The translations under genes were made by a program, and so were the position numbers. A DNA stretch of 64,000 bases from Oscillospiraceae bacterium (GTDB taxonomy: Bacteria > Bacillota > Clostridia > Oscillospirales > JAAYXM01). The stretch is taken from assembly GCA_015068085.1 (NCBI GenBank), contig SVLF01000004.1, positions 12,821 to 76,820 of the forward strand, in the 5' to 3' direction. The notes beneath the pieces are model-generated. The model had not been told where the DNA came from. It saw only the letters and a program-made list of their open reading frames with translations, and did no database searches. This document shows, in pieces, positions 9,713 through 18,001 of this stretch; position 1 is the stretch's first letter; the number at the start of each line of letters is the position of its first letter.

Positions 9713-10798
9713 ATGGATTGTAAGAAAGTGTTGTTCGATGAGCTTTTGCCTTTCTGGACAGAAAGGTTAACAGATCAAGAATGCGGCGGGGTTTTTACGT
9801 GCATCAATGGGAATGGTGACGTAAACGCCGAGAAAAAACATATCTGGCTTGTTTCGAGAACGCTTTGGACATATTCTTCTGTCTGCAATATGTACGGAAA
9901 GGAAGAAAAATATCTTGAAATATGCGGGCAGGCGTTTGAGTTTCTGAAAACCTGCACATTGCAAGACGGAAAACTGCCTTTTATCGTGGACAGAAGAGGT
10001 CGGGCGATAAAAACGGCAGATAACCTACATTCAGAAGCCTATGCGGCAATGGCATGTGCGGCTTATTATAAGGTGTCCGGCAAAGACGAGGTTATGCAAT
10101 GTGCCTGCTTGTATTTTGACTGTGCTATGCGGCACTATATGAAGGTGCTTAACAGCCCGGAATACGCATCTCAAAACACCTTTGCAGTGCATTGTCTGGT
10201 TCATTATACTGCGCGTTTTATGCAGGAAATCAATGAAGAATACAGATATTATTCCGAGATGAGCCTTGAAAATATGCTTTCCGGAGATTATCCGCGTAAT
10301 AAATACGGGATGCTGCTTGAACATAAGGAAAGGCGTGAGAATACGTGTTGTCCCGGCGATGTTTTTTTTGCGGCATGGATGCTGTTGTCTGAAAATGTAC
10401 AGCGGAAAGATGCGCGTATTGAACTTTTTGTGAGAAAAAATCTGGACAGCATGAAAAGGTTTTATTCAGAAAGGGAGTTTGGACTTATCCCGTTATCATA
10501 TCGGCCGGAAGTAGACGAGCAAGCGGAAGTATACCGTTTCTGGCCGCATTGGGAGGCGCTGGTAGCATACACACTTGCGGCAAAAGTATTTAAAGATGAC
10601 AAGTATAAGCGCTATGCTAAGCTTATGGAACGGACGATTTTTAAGTATTTCGCTGATGAGCCGAAAAAGCTGTTTTATTGCAACATTGATGCAACCGGCA
10701 AACCGCTGGATTTCAGTGGGCACGGAGATTTATTTCATATCCCACGTGCGCTGATGGTGCTCGATAGCGTTAAAACGTTTTTTTGCAATAAGCCATAA
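9713..10798 (+). CDS. N-acylglucosamine 2-epimerase (AGE) superfamily / six-hairpin protein
   Basis: ATG at 9713 lies 5-6 nt after AAGGTGA (the listed GTG at 9704 is less likely). HIWLVSRTLWTYSSV and other W/Y-rich helical repeats typical of AGE-fold proteins. Assignment from memory of the family. Confidence 0.5.
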   Translation: MDCKKVLFDELLPFWTERLTDQECGGVFTCINGNGDVNAEKKHIWLVSRTLWTYSSVCNMYGKEEKYLEICGQAFEFLKTCTLQDGKLPFIVDRRGRAIKTADNLHSEAYAAMACAAYYKVSGKDEVMQCACLYFDCAMRHYMKVLNSPEYASQNTFAVHCLVHYTARFMQEINEEYRYYSEMSLENMLSGDYPRNKYGMLLEHKERRENTCCPGDVFFAAWMLLSENVQRKDARIELFVRKNLDSMKRFYSEREFGLIPLSYRPEVDEQAEVYRFWPHWEALVAYTLAAKVFKDDKYKRYAKLMERTIFKYFADEPKKLFYCNIDATGKPLDFSGHGDLFHIPRALMVLDSVKTFFCNKP

Positions 10799-10891
10799 AA
10801 ATAACAAATGTACTCTCCGTGGATTAGCGATGGATGATTCACTTACGAATGGAGTTTTCGGAGACATTAACCCGTAAAAATAAGAAAATGC

Positions 10892-10920
10892 TTGTATTAT
10901 GGCAGAGAATATGGTAGAAT
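10892..10920 (+). promoter_or_regulatory. Sigma-A-type promoter for the NSS transporter gene
   Basis: TTGTAT (10892-10897), 17 nt spacer, TAGAAT (10915-10920) with a TGg extended -10. Confidence 0.45.
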
Positions 10921-10947
10921 ATAGTATCATATTACAGAAAAGGATAG

Positions 10948-12312
10948 ATGAGTATGTCAAACGAAAACAGAAGCAGCTTTACCGGCAAGATAGGCTTTGT
11001 TCTTGCTGCTGCGGGCTCGGCAGTCGGGCTTGGTAATATATGGAGGTTCCCGTATCTCGCTGCGAAGTACGGCGGGGGAATATTTCTGCTTGTATATATT
11101 CTTCTTGCGATTACCTTTGGTTTTGCACTGATGACGGCAGAAATTGCAATCGGAAGAAAAACGGGGCTTTCAGCAATCGGCGCATACCGTGCGCTTAACA
11201 AAAAGTATTCATTCATCGGATACATTGCGGCGATTATTCCGGCGATTATCCTGCCGTATTATTCCGTAATCGGAGGTTGGGTAACGAAGTATCTTTACGC
11301 GTTTGTAAGCGGCGGTGCCGGTGCAGCAGCGGGTGATTCTTATTTTACCGGATTTATCTCACAGACCGGTGAGCCGATCTTCTGGTTCCTTGCTTTCATC
11401 GGAATAACCGCTCTTGTTGTTCTCTGCGGTGTTGAAAAGGGTATAGAAAAGGTATCAAAGGTTATGATGCCGATTCTGGTCGTACTCTCGGTTGTTATCG
11501 CGGTTTACTCGGTATGTATGCCGGGCGCACTGGAAGGCGTTAAGTACTATCTCCTTCCCGATTTTTCAAAGTTCTCTGCAACAACGGTTCTTGCCGCGAT
11601 GGGTCAGCTTTTCTACTCAATGTCTCTCGCGATGGGAATTATGATAACCTACGGCTCGTATATGAAGAAAGATGTCAACCTCGAATCCTCTGTTTCCCAG
11701 ATAGAGATTTTCGATACGGGCATCGCGTTCCTTGCAGGCCTTATGATTATCCCGGCTGTGTTCGTTTTCTCAGGCGGAACCCCCGAAGCTCTTGGCAAGG
11801 GTCCGAGCCTTATGTTCGTAACACTTCCGAAGGTCTTTGAGACAATGCCTGCCGGAACAGTTGTCGGTGTTGCGTTCTTCCTTCTCGTTCTTTTTGCGGC
11901 GCTTACATCGTCCATTTCGCTGTTTGAGACGGTTGTTTCCATTGTTTGCGATAAGACAAAGCTCTCGCGCAGGCTTTCATGCCTTGTCGTATTTGTCTTC
12001 TCCGTTGCGCTCGGGCTTCTTTCCTCTCTCGGTTACGGTCCGCTCGGGAATGTCACGATTATCGGTCTTCAGTTCCTTGACTTCTTCGATTTTATCAGCA
12101 ACAGCGTGCTTATGCCGATAGTTGCTTTCCTCACCTGCATCTTCGTAGGATATGTAATTAAGCCGAAAACAGTTATTGAAGAGGTTGAGCTTAATGCCAA
12201 GTTCAAGAAGAAGAGACTTTTTGAGGTAATTATAAAGTACGTTGCACCTATATGCATCGTCCTCATCCTTGTATCGTCTGTTCTTGACGCATTCGGAATA
12301 TTTAAGATATAA
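10948..12312 (+). CDS. Neurotransmitter:sodium symporter (NSS/SNF) family transporter
   Basis: N-terminal hallmark AGSAVGLGNIWRFPYLAAKYGGG. Multi-pass hydrophobic protein, 454 aa. An alternative ATG at 10954 has better RBS spacing. Confidence 0.9.
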   Translation: MSMSNENRSSFTGKIGFVLAAAGSAVGLGNIWRFPYLAAKYGGGIFLLVYILLAITFGFALMTAEIAIGRKTGLSAIGAYRALNKKYSFIGYIAAIIPAIILPYYSVIGGWVTKYLYAFVSGGAGAAAGDSYFTGFISQTGEPIFWFLAFIGITALVVLCGVEKGIEKVSKVMMPILVVLSVVIAVYSVCMPGALEGVKYYLLPDFSKFSATTVLAAMGQLFYSMSLAMGIMITYGSYMKKDVNLESSVSQIEIFDTGIAFLAGLMIIPAVFVFSGGTPEALGKGPSLMFVTLPKVFETMPAGTVVGVAFFLLVLFAALTSSISLFETVVSIVCDKTKLSRRLSCLVVFVFSVALGLLSSLGYGPLGNVTIIGLQFLDFFDFISNSVLMPIVAFLTCIFVGYVIKPKTVIEEVELNAKFKKKRLFEVIIKYVAPICIVLILVSSVLDAFGIFKI

Positions 12313-12339
12313 GAATAACAGTAAAATAATGCAAAATCC

Positions 12340-12414
12340 TGCCGCAAGGCACACATTATTCGCAAAGCGAACATCATTGGCAACGCCAACATCATTTGCC
12401 GCAGGCAAACAACA
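12340..12414. repeat. Array of four mini-hairpins with variable stems separated by a constant CATCA-type spacer (18-nt period)
   Basis: tgcc-gcaa-ggca 12340-12351; ttcgc-aaa-gcgaa 12359-12371; CATCA; ttggc-aac-gccaa 12377-12389; CATCA; tttgcc-gca-ggcaaa 12395-12409; CAACA. Stem sequences differ but pairing is kept. Confidence 0.7.
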
Positions 12415-12417
12415 TTT

Positions 12418-12460
12418 AAAAAAGTCACCTTTGTCTTGATAGACAAAAGTGACTTTTTTG
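12418..12460 (+). terminator. Rho-independent terminator of the NSS gene (usable from both strands)
   Basis: aaagtcac(c)tttgtct / agacaaaagtgacttt stem with tgat loop, followed by a T-run (12454-12459). A-run on the 5' side. Confidence 0.75.
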
Positions 12461-12461
12461 T

Positions 12462-12475
12462 TGGCGGAGAAGGAG
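12462..12475. repeat. Direct repeat of the tRNA-Ser 3' end (att-like scar)
   Basis: tggcggagaagg (12462-12473) is identical to 13501-13512, which is the complement of the 3' acceptor end plus CCA of tRNA-Ser. 13 of 14 nt match when extended. Same orientation. Confidence 0.65.
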
Positions 12476-12500
12476 CGTTGCCACGAGTGTGTACAATAAT

Positions 12501-12530
12501 ATAAAAACACCCCTGCGATTTTCGCAGGGG
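12501..12530 (-). terminator. Rho-independent terminator of the minus-strand 143-aa gene
   Basis: cccctgcg-atttt-cgcagggg (12510-12530). On the minus strand it is followed by GTGTTTTTATATT. Lies 52 nt downstream of the stop at 12582. Confidence 0.7.
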
Positions 12531-12581
12531 TAAAGCAAACGAATGTGAGTTTAGATTAGATTAAGTTGTTTGGAGGATTTT

Positions 12582-13013
12582 TCATTGGTAATATTTGCAC
12601 ATAGTGTCGTATTCATATGAATTGCCACTTATCCTGGTTGCACTTCCAATTCCGTCCATCATACTGTCAGAACCGTCGTTAACAAACATAATTCCCCATT
12701 CATCATCAACAGCCCCGGCTGTGATAAAATAAACGATGTCATCGTCTTTATGTGCTCCTATGAACTTTATACTTTCATCATATTCCTCAAAGGGAATTTC
12801 GCATATCGGCTCATATTTATTGTTATAAAGTATAATTTCACCGTCTTTTGCCTTGACTGAATGAAATTCCAAGTCCTTGATAATTTCATTTATTTTTCTG
12901 AAATACTGTTCTTGTTCATTAACGTTCTTATTATTTATGTTAGTGCCTACGAATTGAAAAAGTATTGCAACAATTAAAATGCATAAAGGCAAATAAAAAA
13001 TAACTTTTTTCAC
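12582..13013 (-). CDS. Small exported or membrane-anchored hypothetical protein (143 aa)
   Basis: GTG start with GGAG 8 nt upstream. N-terminal hydrophobic segment MKKVIFYLPLCILIVAILFQFV. AT-rich relative to flanks. No recognisable motif. Confidence 0.6.
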   Translation of the reverse strand: MKKVIFYLPLCILIVAILFQFVGTNINNKNVNEQEQYFRKINEIIKDLEFHSVKAKDGEIILYNNKYEPICEIPFEEYDESIKFIGAHKDDDIVYFITAGAVDDEWGIMFVNDGSDSMMDGIGSATRISGNSYEYDTMCKYYQ

Positions 13014-13144
13014 AAAGATCGCTCCATTAATTTAATATTTTATTTTATTACCATATAGATAGTAATAAAGTGGCAATTTATTGTTCTTTTCATAATAATA
13101 TCTTACTCCTGCCCAACGCGCTCTTCGATCCCATTCCTCATCCA

Positions 13145-13464
13145 ATCGCGCATGGCGCGATGAAATTAAATCCGTCCTACTCCCGACGAAGTCGGACTTC
13201 AATACGCAAGTGATTTCATCCCACGACAGCGGGATTTATCCCGTCCGGAAGGACGGATTTAGTTAATTTTACTGTCATTAGTTTTAATGAAATATCTCGC
13301 TTTGCTCGATGTGAAATAATTTCTTACAGAAATTGTGAAATTTGATGCTAAAGCATCAAGTGAAAGAAAATAAATCCTTATATCACACGCCGTCAGGCGT
13401 ATTTCACATTGCGAAGCAATATTTCATAGCAAAGCTATTTCACAAATCCGAAGGATTTATTTCA
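13145..13464. repeat. Non-coding tract of about 12 short variable stem-loops punctuated by the hexamer TGAAAT (left half) and its complement ATTTCA (right half)
   Basis: Hairpins: atcgcgc-atg-gcgcgat 13145-13161; ccgac-gaa-gtcgg 13183-13195; ccgtcc-ggaa-ggacgg 13241-13256; aatttct-tac-agaaatt 13318-13334; ttgatgc-taaa-gcatcaa 13342-13359; acgcc-gtca-ggcgt 13387-13400; attgc-gaa-gcaat 13408-13420; atagc-aaa-gctat 13426-13438; aaatcc-gaa-ggattt 13444-13458. TGAAAT at 13161, 13288, 13312, 13336 (TGAAAG at 13361). ATTTCA at 13401, 13421, 13437, 13459. Confidence 0.7.
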
Positions 13465-13467
13465 TTG

Positions 13468-13499
13468 AAAAACGATACAGTAAAAACTGTATCGTTTTT
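13468..13499 (-). terminator. Terminator hairpin immediately downstream of tRNA-Ser
   Basis: 13-bp stem aaaaacgatacag / ctgtatcgttttt with a 6-nt loop. It abuts the tRNA 3' end at 13501. On the minus strand the stem ends in a U-run. Confidence 0.7.
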
Positions 13500-13500
13500 C

Positions 13501-13592
13501 TGGCGGAGAAGGGGAGATTCGAACTCCCGCACCGCTTTCGCGACCTACGCCCTTAGCAGGGGCGCCTCTTCGACCAGCTTGAGTACTTCTCC
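13501..13592 (-). tRNA. tRNA-Ser (anticodon GCU), CCA encoded
   Basis: Reverse complement folds as a cloverleaf: acceptor GGAGAAG/CTTCTCC; anticodon stem CGCCC/GGGCG with loop CTGCTAA; long variable arm; T-arm GGGAG-TTCGAAT-CTCCC; discriminator G plus CCA. 92 nt. Confidence 0.93.
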
Positions 13593-13714
13593 AAGTCGAA
13601 AATAAAGTCATCGGTATTCGGTTTTGTGTAAGCCGAATACCGACCTACTTGATATATTATAAATGAAAAATGCGTTTACGTCAAGCCTTTTTTTTGCAAA
13701 AGTTCAAATAAAAT

Positions 13715-14494
13715 TTAAATAAGCTTTACGGTGTAATACACACCGGTAAGAACGATGTATGCAATGAGCGCGAAAACAAAGTACATTGCAAGGTCCGGAG
13801 CAAGGAATGCCGCGGCAAGAAGCATGAGAACCAACAGGCAGGTGAGGTAGATGATCCCGTAACGTGCATCCGCTTTAAAAACCGCAAGCTCACGTCCGAA
13901 AAGCTTTATCTTCCCTTTGCCAAGTTGCGCACACAGTGCAAAGCCTGCAGTGAGAACAACCAGTGCAGCGGCGCCTGCAATTGCGAAAACATCTTTAGTG
14001 TTCACAAGGTCAGAACCCAAAAGCCAGATTCCGATACCGCCGACGATACAGGAAAGGGCGATAAGGAAAAATTCGCGCTGATATGAATAGTAGATGATAT
14101 ACAAAACAACAACTGCAGGAACGAAGATGTAAAGAAGCATAAGCATACTCTGCGAGAAGACGAGGGAAAGGGCGATAGCGCAGATTGCAACGAACAAAGC
14201 TGCAACCGTCACGTTCTTGCCCGAGAGAAGCCGGTAGCTCATATCCTTCTTTTTAGAATGCTCAGTAATTATCATAACGATTCCTGCGGCAACGAGCACC
14301 ACGGCGGCAACTGCAACAACCTTAACCACGGTATACGCGGTCATAAACGTTGCTGTGCTCTTCATCATACGCCCTACGTTCATAAGCAAAAGCAAAAGCG
14401 CAAATGCAAGCGTGAAAACAAGAAGGAGCTTGTTAGTCACATAATCTTTTTTTCTGTACATTGCCGCGTCCTTCGGCGATTTATTCTCTTTCAA
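13715..14494 (-). CDS. Multi-pass integral membrane protein, function unknown
   Basis: 259 aa with about 7 hydrophobic segments. Same strand as prmA and tRNA-Ser. Confidence 0.7.
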   Translation of the reverse strand: MKENKSPKDAAMYRKKDYVTNKLLLVFTLAFALLLLLMNVGRMMKSTATFMTAYTVVKVVAVAAVVLVAAGIVMIITEHSKKKDMSYRLLSGKNVTVAALFVAICAIALSLVFSQSMLMLLYIFVPAVVVLYIIYYSYQREFFLIALSCIVGGIGIWLLGSDLVNTKDVFAIAGAAALVVLTAGFALCAQLGKGKIKLFGRELAVFKADARYGIIYLTCLLVLMLLAAAFLAPDLAMYFVFALIAYIVLTGVYYTVKLI

Positions 14495-14619
14495 AACGGT
14501 TCACTCCCAAATAACTCATAAGGCAACACATATGCCATACGTTATATTTTACCAAAAAAATTGCCGTTTGTCCAGTACTGTTTTATTAAGTTTGCCCGAT
14601 ATCAGGAAAAATATTTTCC

Positions 14620-15579
14620 TCAAACCGTTGCAATTACAGACGCCCAGCCGTTTTTATCACAAATTTTAATAATTTTAAAACTTTTTTCAAGATGCGACAG
14701 AACCTCGTCAAGGCGCTCTGTTATTATGCCGGAGGCGATAAATATTCCGCCGGGCTTTACAAACCCCGATGCAAACGGACTGATGCCGATAATAACATCC
14801 GCAACGATATTTGCCGCAACGATATCATATTTTTCATTTTCAAAACGGCGACGCAAAGCTTCGTTATCCAGAATATTTCCGGCAAGAGCCTCAAATTTAT
14901 CCTGACTTACGCCGTTGAGCTCTGCGTTTCTTACTGCTATATCCACAGCGTTTTTGTCAATATCACATGCAACTGCGCTTTTTGCGCCGAGAAGGCATGC
15001 GGTAATCGAGAGAATACCGCTTCCGCAACCGAGGTCAAGAATGGTGTCGCCGTCTTTTGTGTATTCCTCAATCGCTTCAAGGCACAGCTGGGTGGTGGCG
15101 TGCGAGCCTGTGCCGAAGCTCATACCCGGGTTTATGGTAAACACCACTCTGCCGTCGGTATCATCACATTCCTCCCACTCGGGGCGGACAAGAACGCGCT
15201 TTCCTATTTTCAAAGGATGGAAAAACTGTTTCCAGTTTTCGGACCAATCCTCTTCGTTCATTGTTTCAAACGAAAGCTCAAGGCTTCCGAAAGAGTTATC
15301 GGATGAAAGGGATGAGAGCAGCTCACGCACGGCGGCAAGCTGTTCGTGCCCTGCGGCGTTCGCGCTGACATAAATTTTCACTTTCACGCTTTCTTCCGTT
15401 TTTTCTTTCACAAGGTCATCGTCCACATAGTCGCGGTACGGAAATTCTGCCTGCATAAACTCACAGAAATCTGCCGGATCTTCAATTTCAAAACCGCGGA
15501 TGCCGATATCCTCAAGAGCTGAGGTCAGCGCCTCGATGCCCTCGTGAGCTGTAGATATACTTACCTGAATCCACTCCAC
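14620..15579 (-). CDS. prmA: Ribosomal protein L11 methyltransferase
   Basis: N-terminal PrmA domain (MEWIQVSISTAHEGIEALTSALEDIGIRGFEIED), SAM-binding DLGCGSGILSI, 319 aa. Confidence 0.9.
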   Translation of the reverse strand: MEWIQVSISTAHEGIEALTSALEDIGIRGFEIEDPADFCEFMQAEFPYRDYVDDDLVKEKTEESVKVKIYVSANAAGHEQLAAVRELLSSLSSDNSFGSLELSFETMNEEDWSENWKQFFHPLKIGKRVLVRPEWEECDDTDGRVVFTINPGMSFGTGSHATTQLCLEAIEEYTKDGDTILDLGCGSGILSITACLLGAKSAVACDIDKNAVDIAVRNAELNGVSQDKFEALAGNILDNEALRRRFENEKYDIVAANIVADVIIGISPFASGFVKPGGIFIASGIITERLDEVLSHLEKSFKIIKICDKNGWASVIATV

Positions 15580-15609
15580 AAAAAAACCTCCAAATATTTG
15601 CTACTGTAT

Positions 15610-15638
15610 ATTGTACCAAAAATCCCCATATTTTGCAA
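15610..15638 (-). promoter_or_regulatory. Sigma-A-type promoter for prmA
   Basis: On the minus strand: TTGCAA (15638-15633), 17 nt spacer, TACAAT (15615-15610) with a TGg extended -10. Confidence 0.45.
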
Positions 15639-15841
15639 GATGTTTTAATTTGCAATAAACGCAATAAGGACGGTACTTGCGTACCGTCCTTATTGTGCAT
15701 GGTATATATAGGGGGATTAGAAGGTGAACTATATTAAGAAAGGTGTGTAAAAGACGAGGACAAATTCAAAACTCATCGATTACATTTTATATTTTATCAT
15801 TGACTTTTGTGTTTGTAAAATATATAATTGTTATAGACGGT

Positions 15842-15856
15842 ATAACTTAAAGTTAT
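15842..15856. promoter_or_regulatory. Perfect 15-nt palindrome fitting the LysR T-N11-A box, upstream of the LysR gene
   Basis: ATAACTT-A-AAGTTAT, 30 nt upstream of the ATG at 15886. Contains T-N11-A (15843-15855). Confidence 0.5.
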
Positions 15857-15885
15857 GACGATTGTCGGGAGGTTTAAACACAAAT

Positions 15886-16797
15886 ATGAACACTACACAG
15901 ATGAAATATGCACTGGAAATAGCGCAAACGGGCTCTATAACGGCAGCCGCGCAAAACCTGTTCTTAAGCCAGCCGAACTTGAGCAAAGCGATAAAAGAGC
16001 TTGAGGAAGAAATCGGAATTAAAATTTTCGTACGCAGCACAAAAGGAGTCAAGCCGACGCGTGAAGGAGAGGAATTTCTTGCAAACGCACGTGTGATATA
16101 TGAGCAGATAGTTAATTTTGATTCTATGTACACATCGGATAAAAGCAATAAAACCAATCTGACTTTCTGCGGTCCGCGTGCTACATACATAAGCCTTGCG
16201 TTTACGGATTTTCTGAACACATTGCATGACCGCAAGCAGATTTTTGTAAATATACGTGAGCTTGGCACAAAGAGCACAATTGAGCACGTGATTGGCGGAG
16301 AAGCGCACATAGGGGTTGTCAGATACGTAGATGTTTCAGAGAACTATATGATGACGATTTTACGCGAAAGAGGTCTCGAATATGTACCGCTGCTTGAATT
16401 TGAGCCGGTGCTTGTTATGTCCGAGAAGCACCCGCTTGCCGTGAAAGAAGAAATATGTGAGAGTGATCTTGAGGAATACATAGAGCTTGTTCACGGCGAT
16501 ATGCAGGAGCGGACATCGGGAGGAAGACATCTGCTGCGAAGAAATGCGCAAAAGCGTATATATCTTTATGAGCGCGGAACCCAGGGCGACATACTTTCCA
16601 ACGTTCATACAACATATATGTGGATGTCGCGGATTCCGGAGAATGTGCGGCGTGCGGGCGGGCTTGTAACAAGAAAATGCGTCGACAGAAAAGAGGTAAA
16701 CCGTGATGTTCTTATATACAGAAAAGGTCATATTTTCAGTGAGGATGAGAAGGCGCTTATCGAATGTATCAGACAGAGGATTGAAGGAATAAAATAA
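15886..16797 (+). CDS. LysR-family transcriptional regulator
   Basis: N-terminal wHTH MNTTQMKYALEIAQTGSITAAAQNLFLSQPNLSKAIKELEEEIG. ~300 aa. The ATG at 15886 is preferred over the listed TTG at 15862. Confidence 0.88.
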   Translation: MNTTQMKYALEIAQTGSITAAAQNLFLSQPNLSKAIKELEEEIGIKIFVRSTKGVKPTREGEEFLANARVIYEQIVNFDSMYTSDKSNKTNLTFCGPRATYISLAFTDFLNTLHDRKQIFVNIRELGTKSTIEHVIGGEAHIGVVRYVDVSENYMMTILRERGLEYVPLLEFEPVLVMSEKHPLAVKEEICESDLEEYIELVHGDMQERTSGGRHLLRRNAQKRIYLYERGTQGDILSNVHTTYMWMSRIPENVRRAGGLVTRKCVDRKEVNRDVLIYRKGHIFSEDEKALIECIRQRIEGIK

Positions 16798-16811
16798 AGC
16801 GGAGGTGTGCT

Positions 16812-17897
16812 ATGGCAAATTGTTTTGATTACTTAATGTGGCGCGGGGATATTCCTTTTTCGGTAAGCCCGTTAAATGAAGTGGACGGAATGCTTCTTTC
16901 GCGCCTTTCGTATGCACCGCTTGAGCTTGTGGGGCAGCCTCGTGCCGCCACGGTGGAGGCTGTGTGCAGTGCTCTTCTGAAAATAGAGAATATCGAAGAA
17001 AAGCTTCTTATGAAAAGCGATAAAAGGCTTTTAGAGCTTATGGCAGGAAGCGAACGGTTCCGCAAGCTTGTTCTTTTTGAATATGTAAACCGCGTGGATG
17101 AGGAAACGGAAACTCAGTTCAGTGCAGTGACGTTCCAGCTATCCCGCGGAGCGTTTTACGTGGCATTCCGCGGAACGGATGACAACCTTATCGGCTGGAA
17201 AGAGGATTTTAATATGAGCTTTACCACGCCGGTGCCTGCGCAGAAAATGGCGGTGGAATATTATGAGCGAATTGCGCGTCGCGTGCGCGGAAGATTTATT
17301 CTCGGAGGACACTCAAAGGGCGGGAATCTTGCAGTATATGCGGCGGCTTTTTCCAAACCTGTGTTGTCACGCAAGATTGATATTGCACAGAATTTCGACG
17401 GTCCCGGTTTTGACGAAAAGGTTCTCACTTCTCAGGGATATCTTGCGGTACGGGAACGCGTGAATACTTACATTCCGCAGTCGTCCGTTGTAGGGCTTCT
17501 TTTAAACCACGAGGAAGAATATACGATTGTGAAAAGCACACAGAGCGGGCTGTGGCAACACGACACATACTCCTGGGAGGTAGAGCGGGATCATTTTGTA
17601 TATCTTGAAAAGGTTACGGATGCAAGCCGGTTTATAGACAGAACTCTCAAGGAATGGATAGCGGAGATGCCGCCGGAAAAGAGGGAGCTTCTCGTAGATA
17701 CTTTGTACTCCGTGCTTATGGAAACGAATGCGAAAACCGTGCGAGAGCTGGGAGAAAATTGGGTCGGGAACACCGTTTCGGTACTGAAAACGCTCCGGAC
17801 GCTTGATGACGAAACCCGAAAGATACTTATTGAAGCCATCCGCGCGCTTGCCAAAGGCGCCGGAAAGGTTGTAGCGGAGAACTTTAAAAGCAGATGA
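16812..17897 (+). CDS. DUF2974 (Mbeg1-like) alpha/beta-hydrolase, lipase-like
   Basis: Nucleophile elbow GGHSKGGNLA and the N-terminal segment YLMWRGDIPF..LNEVDGMLLSRLSY, typical of this family as I recall it. Confidence 0.6.
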   Translation: MANCFDYLMWRGDIPFSVSPLNEVDGMLLSRLSYAPLELVGQPRAATVEAVCSALLKIENIEEKLLMKSDKRLLELMAGSERFRKLVLFEYVNRVDEETETQFSAVTFQLSRGAFYVAFRGTDDNLIGWKEDFNMSFTTPVPAQKMAVEYYERIARRVRGRFILGGHSKGGNLAVYAAAFSKPVLSRKIDIAQNFDGPGFDEKVLTSQGYLAVRERVNTYIPQSSVVGLLLNHEEEYTIVKSTQSGLWQHDTYSWEVERDHFVYLEKVTDASRFIDRTLKEWIAEMPPEKRELLVDTLYSVLMETNAKTVRELGENWVGNTVSVLKTLRTLDDETRKILIEAIRALAKGAGKVVAENFKSR

Positions 17898-17952
17898 TGA
17901 GGAATGGAGCAATGTTTTTTAAAAAATTCAAAATAGAAGTAAAAAAAAAAAG

Positions 17953-17992
17953 TTGATATTTCGTAGAAAAAAGTATATAATATTTTCTACGA
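17953..17992 (+). promoter_or_regulatory. Near-consensus promoter with a 10-bp inverted-repeat operator bracketing the -10 box
   Basis: TTGATA (17953-17958), 17 nt spacer, TATAAT (17976-17981). Inverted repeat tcgtagaaaa (17961-17970) / ttttctacga (17983-17992). GAGGTG RBS, then ATG at 18002. Confidence 0.6.
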
Positions 17993-18001
17993 GGTGATTG
18001 T

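Noticed and set aside
11977-12510. 177-aa and 125-aa minus-strand ORFs spanning the 3' end of the NSS gene and the hairpin array (contain ANDV-like repeats)
   Set aside because: They run antisense through a confident transporter gene and across two terminators. The peptide repeats are a by-product of the 18-nt DNA hairpin array.
12340-13464. Possibility that the regularly spaced short repeats are a CRISPR array
   Set aside because: The constant element is only 5-6 nt and the variable element is itself palindromic. The unit length of 16-22 nt is far below CRISPR repeat-plus-spacer size, and no cas genes are in the window.
13020-13500. Idea that the tRNA-adjacent structured tract is a ROOL/GOLLD-type large ornate RNA
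   Set aside because: I cannot recall or match any conserved core of those families in this sequence. Adjacency to a tRNA alone is insufficient. It is kept only as a test to run in the findings.
13342-13605. 87-aa plus-strand ORF
   Set aside because: It overlaps the hairpin tract and reads antisense through tRNA-Ser (13501-13592).
17935-17951. A-run (A11-12) upstream of the AbiEi-like promoter, considered as a slippage or phase-variation tract
   Set aside because: It lies upstream of the -35 box. A length change would not alter promoter spacing or any reading frame, so it is more likely an UP-element-like A-tract.
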